63,395 nucleotides of DNA from Pachysolen tannophilus NRRL Y-2460 (GCA_001661245.1 KV454015.1:62001-125395); one strand, 5' to 3'. Shown: positions 1 through 11,422, counted from the stretch's first letter. Numbers and translations: made by a program. The notes: generated from the sequence alone by a model not told the origin.

Positions 1-349
1 TAGCATAATCCTCGCTTGTCATTGGTATACACTCTTTATAATTTCTTGATCCCCAAAATGAATCTTCATAAGTTGGTGCGCTCCCAGGAATCTTAACTTT
101 ACACGTTATAACACGTTCAGACGAATTCAACTCAGATAAATGATAACCAAACTGAAATGTTCCTAAACATGCAATTAATGTTGTCCAAGCCAAATGGAAA
201 GTAATCATAGAAATAGTCCTTGTCAGTTCCTCATTTATGATTTCAGCTCCATCCTCTGCTTCCGTTGAAGTTGAATGAATTTGAGATAGTGGTGTTGGTG
301 TTGGTGTTGGCACTCGAGAAGCAGATTCGTTCTCCTTGAAGAACATCAT
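1..349 (-). CDS. Partial (5' end) MFS sugar-porter-family vacuolar transporter, Vps73/Ybr241c-like
   Basis: Not in the ORF track because it runs off the window. ATG at 349 gives MMFFKENES...TLIACLGTFQFGYHLSELNSSERVITC...KECIPMT, matching the QFGYHxxELN...C...CIPM signature of the Vps73/Ybr241c subfamily. Confidence 0.8.
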   Translation of the reverse strand, partial: MMFFKENESASRVPTPTPTPLSQIHSTSTEAEDGAEIINEELTRTISMITFHLAWTTLIACLGTFQFGYHLSELNSSERVITCKVKIPGSAPTYEDSFWGSRNYKECIPMTSEDYA

Positions 350-843
350 TGAAACAATTTTTTTAGGATAGCTGAAACAAAAACTTTGAAGAAAATTAAC
401 CTATAGTTATTGATTTATATATTCATTCCTTATAAACTTACACTCCCTTCAGTCTCTTTCTCTCTTATTTTTTTTTTTTTTTCATACAGATCAACTATAA
501 ACTCCTTTTTAATACTTTATTTTTGATTTCGGGCCCCCGATGCGACCCAAATCCAGTTGCTAGATTGCTGAAGGGTTGAAAAATCCAAAGTTTCAATAGG
601 TACAGAATCGTGCATAAAGTTTCGGCTAAAATCTTCCATTAAGCGGTAGTAAAGATGAAAGATACAGATTGAGATCCAATTCAGATTATAAATATATAGC
701 AAAGAGTTGAGCTACGTTGACCATGGAATAGACTAATAATATAGAAAATTACTATTATTATAATGCAAATGATAAAATCATATACGAAACAAGGGGGGAA
801 AAAAATGAAAAATGAAGCAAGAACAAAAGAAAACTTTTTTAAA

Positions 844-2574
844 CTAAATAATCGGAGCAGCTGTTTCAGTGTATTCTACACCATCACCGGTCACATTATA
901 TTTTTTATTCACATAGTCGTCAATATCCACAACGTCATTTGGAACTTTAAAGAACTTGTTTTTCCAGAATCCGTCAGAATCCAATATTTCTTTGTTAACC
1001 AATTTGTAGTGACCCAATTTTGGTAAAACCAAGGCCCAAATGACCCAATAAACGAATCCTACAAAGAAAACACCCCAAGCAGCAACACAGTGGGTCCAGT
1101 ATGGCATACTAGTGTATACTGATTGTCCGTCATCAGGTGGAATATATGGAGCAATCACCAAGTATAATGATGCTAATGCGAAAAAAAAGGTAACGATAAT
1201 TGGTGATCTGATTGGTGGTTTCCATTCTATTTCTCCTCTATGAGCTCTGAAATGCAACCATAATAAACCTATAGCCACAAAGAAATTAATAATATTTAAT
1301 GGATATGAAATCAAGTTTAAAACAAAATTATAAGCATCTCCCAGGGGTGGTGCTACAATAGTGATAACACAAATTAACCAATGTTCGAATAATCCCACAA
1401 ATGGTGAATTAAATGGTCTTTGAGTAGCAAAAAGTTTGGAAAATGGTAAAACACCTTCACGACCCAATTGTTGAACAATTCTACCTTGTGAAAAGATAAC
1501 AGACATGACATTACCTAAGGCTGAAAGAGCAACAAATACAGAAATAGCCTTTTGAGCTTTTGTTCCAAAAGCAATTTTGAAAAAATCTGCAGCTATAATT
1601 TGACCCGAAGATGAAATAACATCTTTTGGTATAACTGCAAAATAAGCAATGTTAACAAACATATAAATAATTGATATAACAACTAATGCAGCAGGAGCAG
1701 AGTATTTTAAAGCTCTAACAGGGTCTTTAACTTCACTTAAAGAATAATTAACATTTGAGTATCCAATATAAGACCAAATAACGTTATATAATGCTGTGAC
1801 AATACCATAGCCAGTTGGTTTAGAACCAGAAAATGCATCAGAGAAATTGTGAGTCGGTTCATAAGTACCAGTCTTAAGACCTCCACCTAAGGCGACCCAT
1901 CCAGTTACAGAAATAACAATAATAACGGCAACTTTGAAAACACCCAATAAATTTTGTAAATACATTCCAGCTGTTACATTGACTCCATGAACCAAAAATG
2001 CAAATGAGACACATGCAATACCAATACCACGAGATGCCCATTCAGTATCATCTTTACCAGCTGCAAGTAAAATATATTCACCAAACACCACAGAGTTACC
2101 TGCTGCCCAACCTAATAATAAAATGTAAACTGCATACATACAAGTAACCATAAATTTTGGTTTCTTATATATAAATTCCAAATAATTTTTTTCTCCTCCA
2201 TTTCTTTGAAGTTGCCTTATTGGATATGAACCAAAACTAGCATAAACAAATAATCCAGCCATTGCAATAAGTGCACCAACAAACCATAAAATTAAACTTG
2301 TTCCTACAGAACCGGATAAAGTGAAAATTGTACTAGAAGTACTAAAAATACCTGTACCAACAATTCTATTTGTTACTAAGAAAACTGCAGATATATAACC
2401 AATCCTTCTTTCACCATGATCTAACTTTATTTCATCCACATTTCCTTCTTCTTTATTAGAAGAATCGTCATAACTAATATCACGCTCTTCAATTGTTTGA
2501 ATATCCGCCAAATCTCCAACAGATGTATTTGTTTTAGATGAGCTGAGCCAACTTTTTACTCCCAGAACACCCAT
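844..2574 (-). CDS. MUP1: APC-family methionine permease (Mup1-like)
   Basis: 576 aa with many TM segments, NRIVGTGIF in TM1, the GGEKNYLE motif and YSYIGYSN. Confidence 0.8.
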   Translation of the reverse strand: MGVLGVKSWLSSSKTNTSVGDLADIQTIEERDISYDDSSNKEEGNVDEIKLDHGERRIGYISAVFLVTNRIVGTGIFSTSSTIFTLSGSVGTSLILWFVGALIAMAGLFVYASFGSYPIRQLQRNGGEKNYLEFIYKKPKFMVTCMYAVYILLLGWAAGNSVVFGEYILLAAGKDDTEWASRGIGIACVSFAFLVHGVNVTAGMYLQNLLGVFKVAVIIVISVTGWVALGGGLKTGTYEPTHNFSDAFSGSKPTGYGIVTALYNVIWSYIGYSNVNYSLSEVKDPVRALKYSAPAALVVISIIYMFVNIAYFAVIPKDVISSSGQIIAADFFKIAFGTKAQKAISVFVALSALGNVMSVIFSQGRIVQQLGREGVLPFSKLFATQRPFNSPFVGLFEHWLICVITIVAPPLGDAYNFVLNLISYPLNIINFFVAIGLLWLHFRAHRGEIEWKPPIRSPIIVTFFFALASLYLVIAPYIPPDDGQSVYTSMPYWTHCVAAWGVFFVGFVYWVIWALVLPKLGHYKLVNKEILDSDGFWKNKFFKVPNDVVDIDDYVNKKYNVTGDGVEYTETAAPII

Positions 2575-3565
2575 ATTCTTTAACTATATAAGTTTCCAAA
2601 AATTTTATGAAACCTCTTTTATTTGATTATTAACTACTCGAAAAAAAAAATTTAATAAGTCAGCTTTCTGGTATTTATATGAACCACATAAAAGAAGCTT
2701 AAAAAGTGAAAAATATGTACTGTGGCTCATCGAGTAAAACCTTAACGGTAAACTGTATAAAGTTTTTCTTTTTCCTTTACCGTTTTTATTTTTCTTTTTC
2801 TTTTTTTCTTTTTTTAACTCTGTTCTAACTCTGCTAGTAATTGCCAACCTGAGAAGAGATTCGTTTAAATGATGCAAGTAAAAGAATGCCTCGTTACCTC
2901 TTCCTCATCATGCTGCAAAAAAAAAAAATTTTTTTCCCCATTAAGTTTCTTTTTTTTTTCACGAACTTAAATAGAAGAGGTCATCGGTAAAAAAATTTTT
3001 TTAACATTCTTCAAGAAGAGTTGCAAGTTAATTCATGCACTTTACATATGGCTGATCTTTCAGAAGAAGCCACCACTTAAATAATTCTTGTGATTTGATT
3101 CAGTTTTAGTCAAATGTTTTAACACATTTCGTCTGTTTTCAACCATAGAAGACCTAGATGCAGCTTAAAGTTTCAAGGCATTCTTCTTTGTAAGATGCGG
3201 CTAAAGAATCGCCGTTTGTAAGTCGTCATTTCTCGAGACAAAGTGAAATAATCAGCAATAAATATATCATCGATGCTTCAGCTACAGTTATAGTTACAGT
3301 TACAGTTACAACTACAGCTTCGAACAACTTGTAAAGATGGTTCTAAGCGAATACCATTATTATCTATTAATAATGTTTTTACCTAGCTCACGAGATGTTT
3401 GAAAAAAAATTTTTTCTAGGTGTTTGTATGTAGTATGTAGTATATGCGCTTTGATGATTAATACTTCTTCACAGGAAACTAGTTTACGGACACAAATAAT
3501 TTTTCCGGAGATTCCTGCAATAATCATGTAAAAAGGTCAGCAGCTACAACATCTCCCAACTAAAA

Positions 3566-3636
3566 GCGCAAATGGTTTAGTGGTAAAATCCAACGTTGCC
3601 ATCGTTGGGCCCCCGGTTCGATTCCGGGTTTGCGCA
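3566..3636 (+). tRNA. tRNA-Gly(GCC)
   Basis: GCGCAAATGGTTTAGTGGTAAAATCCAACGTTGCCATCGTTGGGCCCCCGGTTCGATTCCGGGTTTGCGCA. Acceptor stem GCGCAAA/TTTGCGC, anticodon GCC, B box GGTTCGATTCC, followed by a T-run terminator. Confidence 0.98.
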
Positions 3637-3864
3637 TTTTCTTTTTTAATTTATTTAATTTTTAAAAATATTATTAATATTATTGTTATTATCATTTTTC
3701 CAATTTCCACTGTGGAAATATGCAGTCTTTATACTGTGTGTGTGTTCTGCCGATAATATACAAATATAAGACCATTCATTGTCTTTTTCTTTTTTTGGGT
3801 TGTGAAATTTATCTTATTTGAAGTATGAGCTGAATTTAAAAAATTGATTATCATTTGTATTTAG

Positions 3865-5226
3865 ATGCTGTTGAAAATTCCGAAATTTAAGAGAATCGCA
3901 ATTGTTGGTGCAGGACCTTTTGGACTAGCTGCAGCTAGAGCGTTATCTGAAGAATCAAAATTTTACAAGTTTGATAAGATTACTCTTTATGAGAAGACGT
4001 CTAAAGTTGGTGGTTTATGGAACTACAATAAGGATGAAAAAAAGGGTGATGATGTTTCGCCAATGTATGAATTTTTAGAGACTAATATACTATGTGAGAT
4101 TATGAGGTATAATAATCATCCTTTTGCAAATGAAAATGAAATTACATTTCCTCCAAGAGAACATGTTCTGAACTATTTAAAAAGCTATGCTGATAAATAT
4201 ATAAATACTGATAATATCACAATGTCATTCAATAGTAAAGTTGAATCTGTTGTGAAGAAAAATCATCTTGAGTGGGAAGTTGTTTCTACCAATTTGTTGA
4301 CAGGTGTAGTTTCTACAGAATTATTTGATGCAGTTGTCATTGCTAACGGTCATTTTGAGAAGCCATATATTCCAAAAGTAAACGGATTAGATAATTGGGA
4401 TTCTGATTGTATTATTCATGCCAAAAATTTTAAAAATGCTGATGATTACAAAAATAAGCTGGTATTAATTGTAGGAGATTCATCAAGTGGCGTGGATATA
4501 TCTACGCAATTAATTACTACTGCCAAGATCATATATGTTAGTTACAATTGTTCTTTAAGTGAGGTTGAAACAACGAAATCCAATGAGAATAAATTCATCA
4601 AGAGATTGGGAAAAATTATTAAATACGATTATAATGATGGCAGATCTATTATAACAGTGGATGGTGATAATATTAAAGATATTGATAATATTATTTTTTG
4701 TACTGGCTACTTGTATCATTTACCATTTTTGAATTTGTATAACAAACCAGATGATCCTTACCACTTATTAGATTCTAACTGTGATAGAGTTTATAATTTA
4801 TATAAACAATTCATCTATATTCCTGATCCTACATTATTTTTATTAGGCTTACCAATGAATGTTATTCCCTTTTCATTTGGTGAATCACAATCTGCGATAA
4901 TGGTCAGATTGTTGAGTGGTAGATTATCTTTACCAACAAAGAAAGAAATGTATCAAGATTTAGCCAATGAGGAAAAAAAACATGCAGAGATGGGGGTTTC
5001 TTATCATCAACATGCAAAACTTCTTGACGTAGAATATTGTAAAGATTTACAACTGTGGATAGATGAATCAGGAACTCACAAAGGTTTTAATGCTGAAATT
5101 TGGGACAAAGATAGAACTGAACTTCGAAAAAATACTGCAGCTATTAAAAATGAAAGACTAACTCGAATTACAAGTCATGCTTTAAAGTTAAGGCAGAATG
5201 GTGAAAGTTTCAAGTTACTTCAATAG
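3865..5226 (+). CDS. FMO1: Flavin-containing monooxygenase (Fmo1-like)
   Basis: GAGPxG FAD motif, GGLWNY, ANGH, the IIHAKNF FMO motif, second Rossmann motif VGDSSSG, and FCTGY. Confidence 0.88.
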   Translation: MLLKIPKFKRIAIVGAGPFGLAAARALSEESKFYKFDKITLYEKTSKVGGLWNYNKDEKKGDDVSPMYEFLETNILCEIMRYNNHPFANENEITFPPREHVLNYLKSYADKYINTDNITMSFNSKVESVVKKNHLEWEVVSTNLLTGVVSTELFDAVVIANGHFEKPYIPKVNGLDNWDSDCIIHAKNFKNADDYKNKLVLIVGDSSSGVDISTQLITTAKIIYVSYNCSLSEVETTKSNENKFIKRLGKIIKYDYNDGRSIITVDGDNIKDIDNIIFCTGYLYHLPFLNLYNKPDDPYHLLDSNCDRVYNLYKQFIYIPDPTLFLLGLPMNVIPFSFGESQSAIMVRLLSGRLSLPTKKEMYQDLANEEKKHAEMGVSYHQHAKLLDVEYCKDLQLWIDESGTHKGFNAEIWDKDRTELRKNTAAIKNERLTRITSHALKLRQNGESFKLLQ

Positions 5227-5454
5227 ATACGATTTTCCTTTAAAAGGAATATTGAAATATATATACATATATATATATATATATAATGTATGAAATTAGT
5301 TTAGAAAAAAGAAAAAAAATTAAAAAACAAAGGAAAAAAATATATGATATAAACTCCCACCAAGTGTTGAACCAAGAATAATCATAGACATACTATACCT
5401 ATGTATTATGTATCATTTCAAATAAAACCCTGAGCCAGAGCTAAAAATAATAAA

Positions 5455-5495
<41 letters not shown>

Positions 5496-5609
5496 ATAAA
5501 TATAGGAGTTCATATATCAAGAAAGGTTGCAAAAAGATCCCCGCCAACCGACATTCAAAAAACAAAAACCATCAGTTTTAAAAAAAAAAAAAAAAATATA
5601 AAAAAAAGA

Positions 5610-6257
5610 TTAATATTTATCACCGATCAAGCCAACTGTAGAAATCAGGAAAGCAAAACCAATAATACCTGTGATAATTTTATAATTGTATTGAACTTTC
5701 TTCAAATCCAAAGTTGCTTCTTTTTTTATTATAGCATGAGCAACTTCATCTTCAACGTCTCCTTCATCTTCATCTTCCTGTGAAGTGCTACTGGCGATAT
5801 CCTGGTAGATGGAGTTATCCAAAGATGATTGAAATTCTTTTTTCTCCTTTGATCCATCATTTTTTTGATTTTTTTTCTTTAAAGTTGGGATAGCAGCTTC
5901 TTTTTCCTTTATAGCAAGTAATTTTTTTTCAACTGAGAAATTTTTAAACAGATAATAAACAAGACTAATTGGAAATCCAACTGCTGCATAAATTAAATAA
6001 GGATGTTGACCTCTTGTTGGAGATTGGAAAAAACCTAATAATAATGAACTAGTTGCTAATGAACCAAATGAAAGTAACAGGAACCTAGCTTTATAAATCA
6101 ACCCAATAATTGCATTAGCAAAATTTGTTACTGAATACTCATCATTTTTAGAAATCAAATTTGGTAACAGCTTCAACGAAATTATACCGGCAGTACCAGT
6201 TGCAAGACCTAATGAAGCAGTCCCAATGACTTTAATTGTTGTAATACATTTACCCAT
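5610..6257 (-). CDS. ATG33: Atg33/Scm4-family mitochondrial outer membrane protein
   Basis: ATG at 6257 (MGKCITTIKVIGTASLGL), QHPYLIYA motif and a C-terminal TM helix. Divergent from ILV5, as ATG33/ILV5 are in S. cerevisiae. Confidence 0.8.
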   Translation of the reverse strand: MGKCITTIKVIGTASLGLATGTAGIISLKLLPNLISKNDEYSVTNFANAIIGLIYKARFLLLSFGSLATSSLLLGFFQSPTRGQHPYLIYAAVGFPISLVYYLFKNFSVEKKLLAIKEKEAAIPTLKKKNQKNDGSKEKKEFQSSLDNSIYQDIASSTSQEDEDEGDVEDEVAHAIIKKEATLDLKKVQYNYKIITGIIGFAFLISTVGLIGDKY

Positions 6258-7219
6258 TATGAACTCCACAACAATAACAATAATAATAAGAACTTAAAAC
6301 AACAAGTAAATAAAAAAAAAAAAAAAAAAAAAATTTTACGATAAATTTAATATGAAAATTGTCCAATAAAGAAATTCTTAGTTCACGAAATGATTATTAT
6401 TCTGATATCTTGAACAATATTTATATAAAATATTTATACAAGATAATAATGATGATAGTGATAAAACAAGATTTAATACTATTCAGAGGCGCACCTTACT
6501 TACAATTTAGGCTCTGTGGAACAACTAAATATTTTAATAGAAATTTAATGACACGTAAACTCTTGTATAAAGGAGACTTGCGGACGAAAGCCGGTGAGAA
6601 ACAGGCCAAAAAAACAAAAGAGAAAGAGAAAGAGACAGGAAAAAGAAAGAGAAAAAAAATCTGCCATTTGCTTTTTCTTTTATTACGTACTTTTGATATA
6701 TTACAAACGACTGTTGTGTTTTTTGCACTACTTTATTTTTTAATTTTAATGCGCACTACCATTCAAATAGTGGTTCTTGCACTACTGTTTGATTTCCAAT
6801 TTTCCAATTTTCCACTACTTGCTTTTGTATATATATATATAATGCAGGTATTAAACTAAGTAACCAACTAAAATAGTACGAAACAAGATTAAACAAGACT
6901 CTTTCCATAAAATAAACTTTTTCTTACTATTTATTGTTTTAAAAATGCTCCGAACATCCAGTAGTCATTCTTTCTAAATAATACCGTAAAATGGATTCTG
7001 AAATCATTATTGTAGTTTTAATCAATACTTAGTGGTGCCGTTAGTCGTGCCGTTAGTCGTGGCGCCGTGCTGGAGCTTACCACTTTTTGCTCCGACTTGC
7101 CTGCGACTTGCCTGCAAACGGCCTGTGAGCGGCCTGTCAACGGCCTGCGTAAATCCAGTACTGAATCATACGTCAACATTCGACGGGCCTGTAATAGGAG
7201 AACTCTTTTTTTTTTTCTT

Positions 7220-7226
7220 TGACTCA
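7220..7226 (+). promoter_or_regulatory. Gcn4 binding site (TGACTCA) upstream of ILV5
   Basis: Perfect TGACTCA after a poly(T) tract, about 220 bp upstream of an amino-acid biosynthesis gene. Confidence 0.65.
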
Positions 7227-7446
7227 TTGAAATTTTTCACTTTTTTTTTTTTTCGTCTCTTCGATGATTTTGACCACTGTAGTTTCTTCAATATATATTT
7301 CACACCATTCCCCATAAGGTTATTATTAGCTTTAATTTTTTTTTTTTCTTTTTTTCTTTTCTTCTTCTTTTTTTTCTTTGATTTATATACAATTGTATTG
7401 ATTTAATATCTTATACTTTAGAAAAAAAAAGAATACTAAAATAGAA

Positions 7447-8667
7447 ATGTCATTTAGAAGTAATTCTATCAAATTAGTACGTGCTGCTGTTGCTGCTAAC
7501 TCACGTGTTGGCTCTGCTCCATCAAGAAGAGCTTTGTCAGCTTTGGCTTCTGCTGCTGCTTCTCGTCCATCTGTTGCAAAGTCAGCTTCAGGTGTTGCTC
7601 CATTGGTTGCATCAAGAGGACTTAAAACTATTAACTTTGGAGGTGTTGAAGAAATTGTTCATGAAAGAGCTGATTGGCCAAGAGAAAAATTATTAAACTA
7701 TTTTAAAGATGATACTTTAGCCTTAATTGGTTATGGATCTCAAGGTTATGGTCAAGGTTTAAACTTGAGAGATAATGGTTTAAATGTTATCATTGGTGTT
7801 AGAAAAGGTGGTAAATCATGGGAAGCTGCTCAAGCTGATGGTTGGATCCCAGGTGAAAATTTATTTGATGTTAATGAAGCTATTAAAAAGGGTACAATTG
7901 TTATGAATTTATTATCAGATGCTGCTCAATCTGAAACTTGGCCATCAATTAAACCTTTATTAACAAAAGGTAAAACTTTATATTTCTCACATGGATTTTC
8001 TCCAGTTTTTAAAAATTTAACAAAAGTTGATCCTCCAAGTGATATTGATGTTATCTTGGCTGCTCCAAAAGGTTCAGGTAGAACTGTTAGAAGTTTATTC
8101 AAAGAAGGTAGAGGTATTAACTCTTCTTACGCTGTATGGAACGATGTCACAGGTAAAGCTGAAGAAAAAGCTATTGCCTTGGCAGTTGCTATTGGTTCTG
8201 GTTACGTTTACCAAACCACTTTTGAAAGAGAAGTTAACTCTGATTTATACGGTGAAAGAGGTTGTTTAATGGGTGGTATCCATGGTATGTTCTTAGCTCA
8301 ATACGAAGTTTTAAGAGAAAATGGACACACCCCATCAGAAGCTTTCAATGAAACCGTCGAAGAAGCTACTCAATCCTTGTATCCATTGATTGGTAAATAC
8401 GGTATGGATTATATGTACGATGCTTGCTCAACCACTGCTAGAAGAGGTGCTTTGGATTGGTACCCAAGATTTAAAGATGCTTTGAAACCAGTCTTTGAAG
8501 ATTTATATGAATCCGTCAAGAACGGTACTGAAACACAAAGATCTTTGGATTTCAACTCTCAATCTGATTACCGTGAGAAATTAGAACAAGAGTTATCTAC
8601 AATTAGAAACATGGAAATCTGGAGAGTTGGTAAAGAAGTAAGAAAGTTACGTCCAGAAAATAATTAA
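7447..8667 (+). CDS. ILV5: Acetohydroxyacid reductoisomerase, mitochondrial
   Basis: Mitochondrial presequence, GYGSQG, SHGFS, SDLYGERGCLMG, CSTTARRG and strong codon bias. Confidence 0.98.
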   Translation: MSFRSNSIKLVRAAVAANSRVGSAPSRRALSALASAAASRPSVAKSASGVAPLVASRGLKTINFGGVEEIVHERADWPREKLLNYFKDDTLALIGYGSQGYGQGLNLRDNGLNVIIGVRKGGKSWEAAQADGWIPGENLFDVNEAIKKGTIVMNLLSDAAQSETWPSIKPLLTKGKTLYFSHGFSPVFKNLTKVDPPSDIDVILAAPKGSGRTVRSLFKEGRGINSSYAVWNDVTGKAEEKAIALAVAIGSGYVYQTTFEREVNSDLYGERGCLMGGIHGMFLAQYEVLRENGHTPSEAFNETVEEATQSLYPLIGKYGMDYMYDACSTTARRGALDWYPRFKDALKPVFEDLYESVKNGTETQRSLDFNSQSDYREKLEQELSTIRNMEIWRVGKEVRKLRPENN

Positions 8668-9022
8668 AACTTTTAATGTTTTATAAAAATTTTCAGTTTT
8701 CTTGCTTCCTTCCTTCCATTTGATTTTTCTTTTTTTTTTTGTTTTTTATTTTTATTATTATATTATTTTTTTGATGTATTTTGTTCATAATGGTCTTTTC
8801 AGAATGACTTAATGATGTTATTTTTTTACTTCTTAGCTTGCAAATAAGTGAAGCTATTAAAAAAAAAAAAAAAAAAAATTCTTTTTACTATTACTGTTGT
8901 CGGGAAATTTGGTTATTTATTTTTTATATAGCATATATTTGATTGAACGTTTTTGTTTAATGAATAAACAAGTTCAAACTTAATTTTCATATTTATTAGA
9001 TTGAAAAAAAGAGATAAAACTC

Positions 9023-9949
9023 TTAATCAAAGCAATTTGAAAGTTGCTCATGTAAAAAATTTAAAGATTCAGTAGGGGAAATTTTAACACTTTTTAGAGT
9101 TGTTACAAAACCTGGATATTTTTCCCAATATTTTGCAGTTTTATTATTTATAATATCATTTTTAGAATCTATTGGATATAATTTAACATGTGCATAATCA
9201 ATCTCCATTCCTTCAAAAATAATTCCAACTCTTTTAATATTCAATGCCTTTAATAATACTTCATTAATTACTGTATACACTGCAGCCATGAGATCATTAA
9301 AATTTTGTTTATCTAGGGACAAAATATTACTTGAAAGGTGTTTGCGTGGTATAACAACCGATGCATATTCAATATTTGGGAATGGTGTTAAAAATGCCAA
9401 ATGTGATGAATTTTCCCAAATTCTAAACTGTTGAATCTCACCTCTTGTTAATTTAGCAAATAGATTTTGATCATCTGGATCACCAAGAAAAGACTTATCA
9501 AAAGATTTCTCAATTAATTTAGAATCGGTATTATTTAATATTGTATTCATATTTGATTCTAAAATATCTTTATCTTGCATATCAGCATCAATTGATGTGA
9601 TATAACCGGGATATTTTGTGAAAAATGATTTCTCTACAGATTTAATGGGACTCCAATCTTTTGATACCCCATATAATGGGAATAATAAAATTTCATCAAG
9701 TGAAGTAGTTGCAAGTGCCAATCTTGAAACTTTTAAAATCTTAATCAAAATTTGACTTATTTTCCTTACACTCTCAAACATTTTTATAAATTTAATTTTA
9801 TCAAGAGAATAAATAAAAATATTTCCATTTGGTTTAACTAAAACTGTTCCTCTACATATAGGAGTCATTGATAAATAACCTTTAACGTTATCATCTTGAT
9901 AAAACGGTGTTATCCCCAAGTTTCTCGGGCAAGAAGTTACTTCCAGCAT
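9023..9949 (-). CDS. Tandem HIT-like domain protein with degenerate histidine triad
   Basis: ATG at 9949. The C-terminal half has IWENSSHLAFLTPFPN..VVIPRKH...FEGMEIDYAHVKLYP. Both halves end in KYPGY/F-I/V-T. Confidence 0.7.
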   Translation of the reverse strand: MLEVTSCPRNLGITPFYQDDNVKGYLSMTPICRGTVLVKPNGNIFIYSLDKIKFIKMFESVRKISQILIKILKVSRLALATTSLDEILLFPLYGVSKDWSPIKSVEKSFFTKYPGYITSIDADMQDKDILESNMNTILNNTDSKLIEKSFDKSFLGDPDDQNLFAKLTRGEIQQFRIWENSSHLAFLTPFPNIEYASVVIPRKHLSSNILSLDKQNFNDLMAAVYTVINEVLLKALNIKRVGIIFEGMEIDYAHVKLYPIDSKNDIINNKTAKYWEKYPGFVTTLKSVKISPTESLNFLHEQLSNCFD

Positions 9950-10419
9950 ATTCTCTCTCACTCGAATTTAAGTTTACAGCACCACTAAAAATTAAAGCCA
10001 TAAAAAAATGGCCAACTTTTAAAGGCTACAGATTATTGTCATCCAATCCAGAACTTATTATATCAATAATGAAAAATGAATAATACCTCTAAAATGTATG
10101 TATGGAATCATCCCGGTATTAAAGGTTATCTCTATATTGCATACAAATAAAAAATAATACCCAAGCAATGTAGTGTCTTTTAGATCAATTATCCTGAAGA
10201 GGAAATATTATTTTTTTTGAGGAAAACAAACACGACAGTTTCGAAGAAAAATAAAACCAGTCGTGTTTAACAGATCAATTTGTGTTTTTTTCTTTTTTCT
10301 TTTTCTCTTTCTTTCATAATGGTGGACATATGAAAAATTAAGAAAAATTTATTTCAGCGTTTTCCAATTAATGAGAAGGTGAATTAAAAATAGGATAACC
10401 CTTTATTATATATATATAT

Positions 10420-11001
10420 ATGATCATGATCAGAGCAATTTCATTTGGTAAGAGCTGTTTGACGATGCAGAAGAGGTTTCAGTCTTCTTCTGCAATCAAG
10501 GAGCTTTTGGTTACGCCAAATCGTTACAATCAAAAAAATTCAGTTTCGAATTTAAAACCAAATTTACCAAAATCAGGAATATTTTTCCATCCAACACCAT
10601 CTGCTCCTACTCCAAGACAAACCCCTAATGCTTTTTTACCACCTACTGATCCAAGAAAAGACAATGAACTATATACTAGAACCACTGCAAATACGATTCC
10701 ATTAGAATATATGCCGCTTTTAAATGATTCTTCAAAGACAACGAAAAATTATCATTTAACTAAAACAGATATTACAGAAATGCAAAAACTAAGAAATGAA
10801 GGGTGGACTAGAAAACAGCTTAAAGAAAAATTTAAATGTTCAAATTTATTTATTAGTTTGGCAACTGATAAAAATGCCAAAGTTGCCCAAAGAGAAGAAG
10901 AAAGATTGGAACAAGTTAAATCAAAATGGTCAGAAGATACGAAAATTGCCAAGTTGAATAAAGAGAAAAAGTTGAAGAAATGGTTAAGAGACCAATATTG
11001 A
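10420..11001 (+). CDS. MRPL20: Mitochondrial ribosomal protein mL58
   Basis: HPTPSAP..TP.AFLP..DPR and K.YHLT..DI.EM.KLR...WTR..L..KF motifs. Confidence 0.85.
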   Translation: MIMIRAISFGKSCLTMQKRFQSSSAIKELLVTPNRYNQKNSVSNLKPNLPKSGIFFHPTPSAPTPRQTPNAFLPPTDPRKDNELYTRTTANTIPLEYMPLLNDSSKTTKNYHLTKTDITEMQKLRNEGWTRKQLKEKFKCSNLFISLATDKNAKVAQREEERLEQVKSKWSEDTKIAKLNKEKKLKKWLRDQY

Positions 11002-11354
11002 TTTCAAAATCTTTACTTTGGTTTCAGTTCATGTATATATAGGTGATATAGATATGGTTATAAAGAGAGAAATGGTCGAAATGAAAAGAACCCCAAAAAA
11101 CTTTGGTAGTGTTTTATAAATCAAACATCTTTCTAGTTTAATTGTAACAATTTCGGTAAAATGTAAACAAAGCAGAAAGTACTTCTTTTGCAGACACAAA
11201 TTTAAAATCTATTTTATTTTATTGTAATTATTAGTAGATCAGAGAGTATAAGAAGATTATAAGATTTTGTCAGCTTTTAGTTGCTGATGGATAGATGGGG
11301 TGGTTTTGTTGGCTAGAGTTTTTAAAATTTTTTTTTTGAGCTAGAAAACTGCTT

Positions 11355-11387
<33 letters not shown>

Positions 11388-11422
11388 CTGTTTTTTAATT
11401 CTTTGTATTTTTGTTAAAAAAA

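Noticed and set aside
3279..3320. (GTTACA)n-like 6-nt repeat upstream of the tRNA as an LTR or telomeric seed
   Set aside because: A simple short microsatellite with no TG...CA LTR ends or target-site duplication.
3823..3864. Possible 5'-UTR intron before FMO (GTATGA...TAG|ATG)
   Set aside because: Only about 40 nt and no recognisable branch point.
6359..7406. 166-aa and 124-aa ORFs in the ATG33/ILV5 intergenic region
   Set aside because: No ATG start, composition dictated by poly-A/T tracts and no family motifs.
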